DNA from: Lachnospiraceae bacterium | GTDB taxonomy: Bacteria > Bacillota > Clostridia > Lachnospirales > Lachnospiraceae | DNA: 64,000 bases | Assembly: GCA_024681795.1 (NCBI GenBank) | Contig: JAILAD010000005.1 | Location: forward strand, 23,926 to 87,925 | Reading direction: 5' to 3' | Part shown: positions 38,336-47,342 of the stretch, one piece after another | How the letters are laid out: every line of letters starts with the position of its first letter | Numbering within the stretch: position 1 is the stretch's first letter | The notes under the pieces: generated by a model | What the model saw: only the letters and a program-made list of their open reading frames with translations | What the model was told of the DNA's origin: nothing | Databases searched by the model: none | Translations under genes and position numbers: made by a program

Positions 38336-38575
38336 ATGATGTTACATCCTTCTTATTCAGACTTGATGGCTGTTGTAAACAGTGAAGTAGAGCCGGGTGA
38401 AACCCCGATTGTAAACAGCCGTTATTCCATCGTTATGGCGACCTCCAAAAGAGCACGCCAGATTATCGACGGTGCGGAACCGCTTGTAAAGGCAGGAAGC
38501 AAGAAGCCCCTTTCCGTAGCGGTAGAAGAGTTACAGGAATCCCAGATTAAAATCGTGGGTGACGACGAAGAGTAA
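38336..38575 (+). CDS. rpoZ: RNA polymerase omega subunit
   Basis: SRYSIVMATSKRARQ...KPLSVAVEE; follows gmk. Confidence 0.95.
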   Translation: MMLHPSYSDLMAVVNSEVEPGETPIVNSRYSIVMATSKRARQIIDGAEPLVKAGSKKPLSVAVEELQESQIKIVGDDEE

Positions 38576-38620
38576 AACTATCGGATTATCCGGTATAAAG
38601 CAGGGGATCAGGCATTTTAA

Positions 38621-39961
38621 ATGAAAGTTTTTTTTGCATCGTTAGGCTGTGATAAAAATTTGGTCGATTCCGAAGTCATGCTGTCTATGCTTTCCAAAGA
38701 AGGCTATGAGATTACGGATGACGAAACGGATGCTTCGGTTGCGGTTGTGAATACCTGCAGTTTTATTTTGGACGCGAAACAGGAAAGCGTTAATACGATT
38801 CTGGAACTGTCCGATTTAAAAGAAGAAGGAAAACTGAAAGTCCTGATTGTCTGCGGATGCCTTGCCGAACGGTATGCGGACGAACTGATGAATGAGATTC
38901 CGGCGATTGACGCGGTTTTGGGAACCATGGCGATTCCGGAAATCATCGAAACGGTGCGCCGTACCCTTAAGGGAGAAAAGGTTCGCATTTTTCCGTCCGT
39001 TGACAGGGAACTTCCGGAGTTTGCGGGAAGAACGGTCACGACCGGCGGCCATTATGCATATTTAAAAATCGCCGAAGGGTGTGACAAGCATTGCACCTAC
39101 TGTGCGATTCCGTCCATGAGAGGAAAATACCGTTCTTACCCGATGGAACACCTGATGAAGGAAGCGGAATTCCTCGTGTCCGAGGTCGGCGCAAAGGAAC
39201 TGATTCTTGTTGCACAGGAGACGACTCTTTACGGAGTTGATTTATACGGGAAAAAGATGCTTCCCGAACTGCTTCGGAATCTGGCAGGGATTGAGGAATT
39301 AAAGTGGATTCGCATTCTTTACTGTTATCCGGAAGAAATTACGGACGAACTGATTGACGTTATGGCTTCGGAACCGAAAGTGCTGCATTATCTGGATGTT
39401 CCGGTTCAGCATGCTTCCGATTCCGTTTTAAAGCGTATGGGAAGAAGGACTTCGCATGCGGAACTGAAAGAAAAGATCAATATGATGCGAACCCGGATTC
39501 CGGATATCTGTCTCAGGACCACCTTAATCTCGGGATTCCCGGGAGAAACAGAGGAAGATTTTGAAATTTTAAAAGAATTTGTCAGAGAAATGCGGTTTGA
39601 CAGACTCGGTGTTTTTGCTTATTCCAAAGAAGAAGGAACACCGGCTGCGGAAATGCCGGAGCAGATTCCGGAAGACGTAAAAGAGTCAAGAAGGGACGAA
39701 CTGATGCTTCTTCAGCAGGAAATCGCATTTGAAAAGGCAGAAGAGAGAATCGGAGAAGTAATGGAGATTCTCGTGGAAGGCAGTATTCCCGAAGACGATG
39801 TTTTTGTCGGACGTTCCTTTCTGGATGCACCCGAAGTGGACGGATTTGTATTTTTTGAAAGTGATTCGGAACTTGTCAGCGGGGAACTCGTAAAGGTCCG
39901 GATTACGGACTGCAATGAATATGATTTAATTGGAGAAATGTTGGATGAATTTACCGAATAA
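38621..39961 (+). CDS. rimO: Ribosomal protein S12 methylthiotransferase
   Basis: SLGCDKNLVDSE, NTCSFI, LKIAEGCDKHCTYC, TRAM domain ending APEVDG. Confidence 0.96.
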   Translation: MKVFFASLGCDKNLVDSEVMLSMLSKEGYEITDDETDASVAVVNTCSFILDAKQESVNTILELSDLKEEGKLKVLIVCGCLAERYADELMNEIPAIDAVLGTMAIPEIIETVRRTLKGEKVRIFPSVDRELPEFAGRTVTTGGHYAYLKIAEGCDKHCTYCAIPSMRGKYRSYPMEHLMKEAEFLVSEVGAKELILVAQETTLYGVDLYGKKMLPELLRNLAGIEELKWIRILYCYPEEITDELIDVMASEPKVLHYLDVPVQHASDSVLKRMGRRTSHAELKEKINMMRTRIPDICLRTTLISGFPGETEEDFEILKEFVREMRFDRLGVFAYSKEEGTPAAEMPEQIPEDVKESRRDELMLLQQEIAFEKAEERIGEVMEILVEGSIPEDDVFVGRSFLDAPEVDGFVFFESDSELVSGELVKVRITDCNEYDLIGEMLDEFTE

Positions 39962-40508
39962 ACTGACACTGGCAAGAATTGTGATGGTTCCGGTTTTTCT
40001 GTTTTTTTTACTGAACACAAAGGAGTTTTTGCCGTTTTATATTCCGGCGATTGAGCCTTACTGCAAATGGATTGCGCTGGCGATTTTTATTATTGCCGCA
40101 ATTACGGATGCTTTGGACGGTAAAATCGCAAGAAAATACAATCTTGTTACCAATTTCGGAAAATTTATGGATCCCCTCGCGGATAAACTTCTGGTTAATC
40201 TTGCGTTAATCGGACTGATGGCACTCGGAAAAGTCAATATCTGGCTGGTCATGATTATTATTGCCAGGGATTTTATTATCAGCGGATTCCGTCTGGTTGC
40301 AGCGGAAAAAGGAAGTGTTATTGCCGCAAGCATCTGGGGAAAAGTCAAAACGGCGGCACAGATGGTTATGGTATGCTTTTTAATCATGGACATTGCCCAT
40401 ATCCGGATTGTAGGAATTGTTCTGCAGTGGCTGGTATGTCTTCTTACCGTTTTCTCGCTGATTGATTATCTTGTAAAAAACAGAGGCGTTTTAAAGGAAG
40501 TCGACTGA
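39945..40508 (+). CDS. pgsA: CDP-diacylglycerol--glycerol-3-phosphate 3-phosphatidyltransferase
   Basis: MNLPNKLT, TDALDGKIARK...GKFMDPLADK. Confidence 0.96.
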   Translation: MNLPNKLTLARIVMVPVFLFFLLNTKEFLPFYIPAIEPYCKWIALAIFIIAAITDALDGKIARKYNLVTNFGKFMDPLADKLLVNLALIGLMALGKVNIWLVMIIIARDFIISGFRLVAAEKGSVIAASIWGKVKTAAQMVMVCFLIMDIAHIRIVGIVLQWLVCLLTVFSLIDYLVKNRGVLKEVD

Positions 40509-40544
40509 GCGCTTAAATAACAGCGAATTAATAATAGTTAAAAA

Positions 40545-40590
40545 AGTAAAATAATTAAAACAGTAAAATAATTAAAACAGTTAAAATATT
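40545..40590 (+). repeat. 17-bp AT-rich tandem repeat, about 2.5 copies
   Basis: agtaaaataattaaaac x2 followed by agttaaaatatt. Confidence 0.8.
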
Positions 40591-40661
40591 GTAATGGCAT
40601 TAATGTAACGATAGTTATGTTTTAACAGACCGATATTTTGTTTTATTTAAGGAGAAGCTCT

Positions 40662-41930
40662 ATGAATGCGGAATTTATTTTTGTCGGAACGGAAATTCTT
40701 CTTGGTAACATTTTGAATACGAATGCGCAGTTTCTGTCCGAACAGTGTGCGGCAATCGGGATTTCCTGCTACTATCAGACGGTGGTGGGAGATAACCGGG
40801 AAAGATTAAAAGATGCTTTCCTCACCGCATGGAACCGTTCGGACTGTGTTTTTTTATCGGGTGGTCTCGGACCTACAGAGGACGATCTGACAAAGGAAAC
40901 CGTAGCGGAGGCGCTGGAACTGCCGCTGGAGACAGACAAAAAAGCACTTGCGTCCATCCGGGAATTCTTTGCGAGACGCGGATACGAAATGCCGAAAATA
41001 AATGAAAAACAGGCACTGGTTCCGAAGGGGAGTATTGTTTTATATAACGAAAACGGAACCGCACCGGGTGTGATTATCGAGAAGGATTCCAAAATTGCGG
41101 TTTTGCTTCCCGGTCCGGGAAACGAGTTCTGTCCGATGTATTTAAATTCCGTGAAACCGTATCTGGAAAACAAAAGCGGATGTGTCATCGTTTCGAAAAC
41201 CGTGAAAATGTGCGGAATCGGAGAGAGTTCCATTGACGAGAAAATTCGCGACCTGACCGAAAACGGCGGCAATCCGACGGTTGCGCCTTATGCAAAAACC
41301 GGTGAGGTGCATGTACGAGTTACCGCCAAAGCCGAGAATGAAAAGGAAGCGAATAAACTAATCAAGCCGGTGGTTCGTGAAATGAAAAACCGTTTCGGTG
41401 ATTATATCTATACTACGGATGAAGAGACTACGCTTGAAAAAGCGGTTGTCGAACTGTTACTTGCAAACCATCTGACGGTTTCCACCGTGGAATCCTGTAC
41501 CGGCGGACTTGTTGCGGGGCGCCTTATTAATGTTCCCGGTGTATCGGAGGTTTTAAAGCTTTCTTATGTGACATATTCCAATAAGGCAAAGCGAAAACTG
41601 CTCGGAATTAAAAAGGGCATTCTTCAAAAATATACGGCGGTCAGTCCGCAGGTATGTGAAGAAATGCTGAAAGGGGCATCTTTGATTAACAAGGCGGATG
41701 TAGTGGTTTCGGTAACGGGCCTTGCCGGTCCCGATGGCGGAACGGAGGAAACTCCGGTCGGTACGGTCTATATCGGATGCTCAGTAAAAGGGAAAATTAC
41801 GGTTAAAAAATATATTTTTTCAGGAAATCGTGCAAAAATCCGCGAAAGTGCCGTGGCTCATGCGTTAATATTATTGAGACGATGTGTACTGGAATATTTC
41901 AGTGAGGTTACTTTCGGTCAGGAAGGATAG
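40662..41930 (+). CDS. cinA: Competence/damage-inducible protein A (MoCF plus NMN deamidase)
   Basis: VGTEILLG.ILNTNA, GGLGPTEDDLT, VESCTGG, SVTGLAGPDGG. Confidence 0.96.
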   Translation: MNAEFIFVGTEILLGNILNTNAQFLSEQCAAIGISCYYQTVVGDNRERLKDAFLTAWNRSDCVFLSGGLGPTEDDLTKETVAEALELPLETDKKALASIREFFARRGYEMPKINEKQALVPKGSIVLYNENGTAPGVIIEKDSKIAVLLPGPGNEFCPMYLNSVKPYLENKSGCVIVSKTVKMCGIGESSIDEKIRDLTENGGNPTVAPYAKTGEVHVRVTAKAENEKEANKLIKPVVREMKNRFGDYIYTTDEETTLEKAVVELLLANHLTVSTVESCTGGLVAGRLINVPGVSEVLKLSYVTYSNKAKRKLLGIKKGILQKYTAVSPQVCEEMLKGASLINKADVVVSVTGLAGPDGGTEETPVGTVYIGCSVKGKITVKKYIFSGNRAKIRESAVAHALILLRRCVLEYFSEVTFGQEG

Positions 41931-42010
41931 ACCGGGCACGGAAAAACTGTTTTTCCGGCAAATGTTTTTTGCAGGCAGGGAATCCTGCCGTGGAAAAGAG
42001 GGGATGAAAA

Positions 42011-43954
42011 GTGGATTATAATCAGGAAACAAAATTTATATTCTGCCCGAGATGCGGCGGTATTATGCAGCCTCCGGTCTGCAATATCTGCGGATACGAT
42101 TTAAGGCCTTCACAGGAAGAATTAAACGCCCGCGCGGGAATGCAGCAAAATGCCGGACCGGGAATACCGGGACCGGATCTTACAAATCCGGAAGCGGCGG
42201 GACAAAAGATGCCGGGTGGACAAAATGCACAGAATATGCAGAATCCGGGAGTGCAGAATCCAAACGGACAAAATCTCCCGCCAGTCGGTGCGAATGTACA
42301 GACCCCGAAAAAGAAAAAGAAAATCTGGATTCCGATTGCAATTGCGGGAACCGTGATTTTAATTCTGACGTTGCTCTGCGGACCTTTCGTATCCACACTG
42401 GGAGTTTTCAGAAATTATATCAATACCAGAAAGACAGCGCAGACGAATCCGCCGTCTTCATCCGCAAAACCGAAGCCGTCCCAGCCCAAGTCTGAAGAGG
42501 AATCGGAGCTTCCGGAGAATACGGATTATGTCATGCGGCATTTCGGCAGATTTGACCATCAGGGACTTGATACGGATTTTTACGTGAATATGGCGGACTG
42601 CACGTATACGAGTTCTTCGGGCGTATTCGATCCGTACCTGAATCAGTCCGGGTATGTGGAGACATGGCTCGGATCGGGAGTATTTGATTCCACGCACAGG
42701 AATTATACCGTTGACGAAATGGGACCGGATTATTACGAACCGTTCTGCGATTCGATTGATGAAGTCAGTTATTCGGAACAGTATCAGGTTTCCAGAAAGT
42801 ATTTTTACTATGACGACCTGATGGGAAATTACCGCATTCAGGCAAGCATCGCCTATCCGGAACTTTCGGGTAACATTCCGAATCTGGATGCGTTAAATCA
42901 GGAAATTTACGAACGCTGTGCATCGGATTATCTGAATTATTTAAACGGTTCTTCGCCTTATTCACAGTATGTATTTGAGAAAATCCGTTTTATTGCGGAT
43001 TCCTATATTACGTATAATGACGGAAAGAAGATGAGCATCCTTCTTGACTGTGCCGTTCATACGGATGATTACTGGAACAGCCTGGATTCCTATATTTATG
43101 CAATCAATGTCGATCTGGAAAAGGGAAAGATTATTGAAAATGACCAGATTATTGACATGGACGAAGACTTTGCAAAAAAATTCCGTGAAAGATGCCTGAT
43201 TCAGAACGGCAGCAATTCGGCACTGGATCCGCTGACCGATAAGGAAGTACTGCAGTACTTATCCGAAAAGGAAAACAATATCATGTTCTTTACCCCGCTC
43301 GGCCTTGAAGTCGGCATGCATTATCTTGGAAAGGACGATATTTTATCCAGGGGATGGATGACCGTTACACTCAAATACGGTGAATTTGAAGACCGTCTGA
43401 AAGACGAATCCTTAAAAAATACCGGAAATGCAACCAGAATCAAATCGGATTTAAGATATGCGGATTTAGTCGGCGGATGGACTGAAATTGATCCGGAAGA
43501 GGGAGAAAAAGAAGAGAAGGAAGTCCGCAGCAAGTATCCGAATTACGACTGGAGCGAGCTGACGCTTGAAGAGGCCGTGGAAGAACATAAAAAAGCCGTG
43601 GAAGAAGCGGAAAAGCAGTCCGGAAACGATACTACGCCTTCAAATCCGGACGATCCGGAATGGATGTATGATTATGAGGAACTGGAGAAATACTTCAGTA
43701 ATCCGGATTTGTATAAATCCACTTATGAAGCGGATGAGTATTTCAAATTCCGTAAGGGAGAAGCAAAAGATCAAAAAGAAGAACTGAATTCGGAGGAGAA
43801 GGAAGAAGAATCAGAATTGAGTTCAGAGGACGGTTCCGAAAAAGATTCCGAAGATAAATCGGAAAAAGATTCTGAGAAGAACTCCGAAAATGAGTCGGAG
43901 AATGACTCCGGACAAAAGGACAACTCAAAGAAGAAAGGGGGATTCATTCAATGA
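42011..43954 (+). CDS. Membrane protein: Zn-ribbon, Q/N/P-rich linker, one TM helix, RsiV/PdaC-like (DUF4163/DUF3298-type) external domain, acidic tail
   Basis: CPRC...CNIC; KKKKK before TM IWIPIAIAGTVILILTLL; IAYPEL...LNQEI...ITYNDGKKMSI...INVDLEKGK; SExx repeats at C-terminus. Confidence 0.6.
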   Translation: MDYNQETKFIFCPRCGGIMQPPVCNICGYDLRPSQEELNARAGMQQNAGPGIPGPDLTNPEAAGQKMPGGQNAQNMQNPGVQNPNGQNLPPVGANVQTPKKKKKIWIPIAIAGTVILILTLLCGPFVSTLGVFRNYINTRKTAQTNPPSSSAKPKPSQPKSEEESELPENTDYVMRHFGRFDHQGLDTDFYVNMADCTYTSSSGVFDPYLNQSGYVETWLGSGVFDSTHRNYTVDEMGPDYYEPFCDSIDEVSYSEQYQVSRKYFYYDDLMGNYRIQASIAYPELSGNIPNLDALNQEIYERCASDYLNYLNGSSPYSQYVFEKIRFIADSYITYNDGKKMSILLDCAVHTDDYWNSLDSYIYAINVDLEKGKIIENDQIIDMDEDFAKKFRERCLIQNGSNSALDPLTDKEVLQYLSEKENNIMFFTPLGLEVGMHYLGKDDILSRGWMTVTLKYGEFEDRLKDESLKNTGNATRIKSDLRYADLVGGWTEIDPEEGEKEEKEVRSKYPNYDWSELTLEEAVEEHKKAVEEAEKQSGNDTTPSNPDDPEWMYDYEELEKYFSNPDLYKSTYEADEYFKFRKGEAKDQKEELNSEEKEEESELSSEDGSEKDSEDKSEKDSEKNSENESENDSGQKDNSKKKGGFIQ

Positions 43955-44505
43955 GAGGGAAAGAAAAATGTAAAGCATTAAAGGAAATCCGCAGGCAGAT
44001 TGCATTAAATAACGAGATTGAATATGTCGTCAGTGAATGTTCCCATAAAGGAGAGTGTAAGGGAACCTGTCCGAAATGCGAAGCGGAAGTGCGTTATCTG
44101 GAAAGAGAATTGGAACTTCGAAGAAACCTTGGGAAAAAAGTGGTTCTTGCCGGAATCGGAGTAGGAGTTGCTGCATCCATGGCAGGCTGTACGAATCCGG
44201 TGCAGGATTATGTAATTGATCCGGTTGTCAGTTTTTTTGGCGGAAATATCGGTGCAGACAGGCTTGAAGGAGAAGCGACGTATGCACCGCCGGAAGTCTT
44301 GATGGGAGAGGCTGAACCGCCAATCGAAGTGGACGGCGGAATAGTCGAACCCGCATCCGAATGCGGTTCCGAAGAGATTATAGAACTTGACGGAGACGTT
44401 GAGTATATTCCGGAAGCGGGAGAAATCGTTTCGGAGGAGGAAGAAAATATTTCGGAAGAGGAAGATAATATTCCGGAAGACGGGAATTTAAATCAGGAAG
44501 AATAA
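43951..44505 (+). CDS. Cys-rich N-terminal domain protein with internal lipobox and acidic repeats
   Basis: C7, C30-x5-C36-x3-C40-x2-C43; KKVVLAGIGVGVAASMAGC80; ATGA overlap with upstream stop. Confidence 0.8.
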   Translation: MRGKEKCKALKEIRRQIALNNEIEYVVSECSHKGECKGTCPKCEAEVRYLERELELRRNLGKKVVLAGIGVGVAASMAGCTNPVQDYVIDPVVSFFGGNIGADRLEGEATYAPPEVLMGEAEPPIEVDGGIVEPASECGSEEIIELDGDVEYIPEAGEIVSEEEENISEEEDNIPEDGNLNQEE

Positions 44506-44517
44506 GGAGTCGGAAAA

Positions 44518-45207
44518 ATGTCAGAATCCAAATTAAAGGTTTTTGCTTTAGACAGACTCAGAATGACGACGGACGGTAGCGGAGTGACGACACTCATATG
44601 CGGTATGGGTTGTCCTCTCCGATGCCGTTTTTGTATTAATCCCGGTTCCTGGGATGGTTCGGTAAGCGGAAAAGAATATACAAAAGAAGAACTATATGAA
44701 GCGGTCAAAGCAGACAGCCTTTATTTCCTGACGACGGGAGGCGGGTTGATGTTCGGCGGAGGAGAGCCTCTTCTGCAAAGTGAATTCCTGAAAGAATTCA
44801 TGGAACAGTACAGTTCGTCAGGCTGGAATTTTTATCTGGAAAGTTCCTTAAATGTTCCGAGAAAGAATCTGGAAGACGTAATCCCTTATATCGAAGAATA
44901 CCTGATTGATACGAAGGATATGAATCCCGACAGGTATCATGCGTATACGGACGGAGATTATCAGAGGTTTCTCAATAATCTTTTGTTTTTAAAGGACAGG
45001 GTCGGACAGGAAAAAATCGTTGTCAGGATTCCCAAGATTCCTTTCCTGCATAAAAGCGGGGAAGAGGCGCGTCTGAACGGAGAAAAACTAAAGGAACTCG
45101 GGTTTACCAGGCTTGATTTTCTTACTTATCTGAATCCCGAATCGAGAAAGGATATTTCGGAGACTGCAAGGGAAAATCTCGAACTTCTGGCAAAGCGGGA
45201 TAAATAG
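44518..45207 (+). CDS. Radical SAM enzyme, glycyl-radical (PFL) activase-like
   Basis: DGSGVTTLIC.MGCPLRCRFCINP (CxxxCxxC), FGGGEPLLQ, IDTK. Confidence 0.9.
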   Translation: MSESKLKVFALDRLRMTTDGSGVTTLICGMGCPLRCRFCINPGSWDGSVSGKEYTKEELYEAVKADSLYFLTTGGGLMFGGGEPLLQSEFLKEFMEQYSSSGWNFYLESSLNVPRKNLEDVIPYIEEYLIDTKDMNPDRYHAYTDGDYQRFLNNLLFLKDRVGQEKIVVRIPKIPFLHKSGEEARLNGEKLKELGFTRLDFLTYLNPESRKDISETARENLELLAKRDK

Positions 45208-45367
45208 GGCATAGTTTTGAATTTTTTGTAAATTTCTTGATTATGCTCTGTTTTTTTATGGTTTCATTTGGTAAAATAGATACGTTACAGAATTAACGAT
45301 TCAAACGTTTTTAAACTGTAATCCAAATACAGGTAATGTATTAAATAACTTTATAAAGGAGGATCAT

Positions 45368-46060
45368 ATGATTTACTCAACAGAAGTCAAGAATATGTGC
45401 CCCGTTACCCAGGGTGTACATCATGGCGCTGCTCCCATCCCCGAAGAGGCGAAATGGGTACAGGCAAAGAAGATTGAGGATATCTCCGGTTACACTCACG
45501 GTGTTGGCTGGTGTGCACCTCAGCAGGGAGCTTGCAAGCTTTCCTTAAACGTAAAAGACGGTATTATCCAGGAAGCATTGGTGGAAACACTCGGATGCTC
45601 CGGTATGACCCATTCCGCAGCTATGGCTGCTGAAATCCTTCCGGGACTTACCATTCTCGAAGCATTGAATACCGACCTTGTTTGCGATGCAATCAATACC
45701 GCAATGAGAGAATTATTCTTACAGATTGTTTACGGCAGAACGCAGTCCGCATTCTCCGAGGACGGACTTCAGATCGGCGCAGGTCTTGAAGATCTCGGAA
45801 AGGGAACCAGAACCATGATCGGTACCACCTACGGTACTTTGGAGAAGGGACCCCGTTATCTGGAACTTACCGATGGATATATCACCAATCTTGCACTTGA
45901 TGAGAATGATGAGATTATCGGTTACAAGTATGTTAACTTTGGCAAGATGATGGACTTCATCAAGAAGGGCGACGATGCTCAGACCGCTCTTGAGAAAGCT
46001 TCCGGACAGTACGGCCGTGTTGCTGATGCAGTGAAGTTAATCGATCCGAGAAAAGAGTAA
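45368..46060 (+). CDS. IscU/NifU-like conserved protein, partner of GGGtGRT
   Basis: GWCAPQQGACKLSL, LGCSGMTHS, DLVCDAIN; directly upstream of GGGtGRT gene. Confidence 0.75.
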   Translation: MIYSTEVKNMCPVTQGVHHGAAPIPEEAKWVQAKKIEDISGYTHGVGWCAPQQGACKLSLNVKDGIIQEALVETLGCSGMTHSAAMAAEILPGLTILEALNTDLVCDAINTAMRELFLQIVYGRTQSAFSEDGLQIGAGLEDLGKGTRTMIGTTYGTLEKGPRYLELTDGYITNLALDENDEIIGYKYVNFGKMMDFIKKGDDAQTALEKASGQYGRVADAVKLIDPRKE

Positions 46061-46080
46061 GAAAGGGAGGACAAATCATT

Positions 46081-47100
46081 ATGGCATTATTTGAATCATA
46101 TGAAAGAAGAGAGCCTCAGATTCTTGCTTGCTTAAAGGAGTACGGCATCTCTTCCATTGAAGAGTGTAAGGATATCTGCGATGCTGCAGGTATTGATGTT
46201 TATCATTTAATCGAGGGCATTCAGCCCATCTGTTTTGAAAATGCAAAATGGGCATACACCGTAGGTGCTGCCATTGCAATCAAGAAAAATTGCCGCAAGG
46301 CTGCTGACGCTGCAGCTGCAATCGGTATCGGACTTCAGGCATTCTGCATTCCCGGTTCCGTAGCTGACCGTCGTAAAGTAGGTCTCGGACATGGTAACCT
46401 TGGAAAAATGCTTCTGGAAGAAGACACCGAGTGCTTCGCATTCCTTGCAGGACATGAGTCCTTCGCAGCAGCTGAAGGTGCAATCGGTATCGCAGAGAAA
46501 GCAAACAAAGTTCGTCAGAAACCGCTTCGCGTAATCCTTAACGGTCTCGGAAAAGATGCTGCACAGATTATTTCCCGTATCAACGGATTTACCTATGTAG
46601 AAACCAAATACAATTACTTCACCGGCGAGGTTGAGGAAGTGTTTAGAAAATGCTACAGCAAAGATCCCGAGTCACCCCGTGCAAAGGTTAACTGCTATGG
46701 TGCAAACGATGTTCAGGAAGGTGTTGCAATCATGTGGAAAGAGAACGTTGATGTTTCCATTACCGGTAACTCCACCAACCCGACCAGATTCCAGCATCCC
46801 GTTGCAGGTACCTACAAGAAAGAGCGCGTAGAAGCAGGAAAGAAGTACTTCTCCGTTGCATCCGGCGGCGGTACCGGACGTACCCTTCACCCGGATAACA
46901 TGGCTGCAGGTCCTGCATCCTACGGTATGACCGATACCATGGGACGTATGCATTCCGATGCACAGTTCGCAGGTTCCTCATCCGTTCCCGCTCACGTAGA
47001 AATGATGGGTCTCATCGGTGCAGGTAACAACCCGATGGTTGGTATGACCGTTTCTACTGCAGTTTCCATCGAAGAAGCTGCAAAGGCAGGAAAGTTTTAA
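46081..47100 (+). CDS. GGGtGRT family protein (function unknown)
   Basis: Signature SVASGGGTGRTLHPDN; MALFESYERR N-terminus. Confidence 0.92.
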   Translation: MALFESYERREPQILACLKEYGISSIEECKDICDAAGIDVYHLIEGIQPICFENAKWAYTVGAAIAIKKNCRKAADAAAAIGIGLQAFCIPGSVADRRKVGLGHGNLGKMLLEEDTECFAFLAGHESFAAAEGAIGIAEKANKVRQKPLRVILNGLGKDAAQIISRINGFTYVETKYNYFTGEVEEVFRKCYSKDPESPRAKVNCYGANDVQEGVAIMWKENVDVSITGNSTNPTRFQHPVAGTYKKERVEAGKKYFSVASGGGTGRTLHPDNMAAGPASYGMTDTMGRMHSDAQFAGSSSVPAHVEMMGLIGAGNNPMVGMTVSTAVSIEEAAKAGKF

Positions 47101-47132
47101 GTAATACTTTTGAATGTGATTTTGATATAATT

Positions 47133-47171
47133 AAACCCGGAAGCAGGGATATCTGTTTCCGGGTTTTTTTT
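47133..47171 (+). terminator. Terminator after GGGtGRT gene
   Basis: aaacccggaagcag-ggatat-ctgtttccgggttt plus T-run. Confidence 0.85.
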
Positions 47172-47342
47172 CGTGAAAACCGTATTTTTCAAAAATCCAT
47201 AAAAATGTTCGTATTATTCGTATATATTTATGAATGCGTAAATGGTATTTCGAAAAGAATAGTATTGAAACGGCTCGCGTCGTGCCTTCGCGAACTCCGC
47301 TGACATATAAATACGTATAATATTCGGAAAAGAGGAAAAGAT

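Noticed and set aside
47270-47325. GC-rich patch and cTGACA...TATAAT upstream of serpin 1
   Set aside because: Spacing of the two boxes is only about 10 bp and no convincing hairpin or second copy is visible
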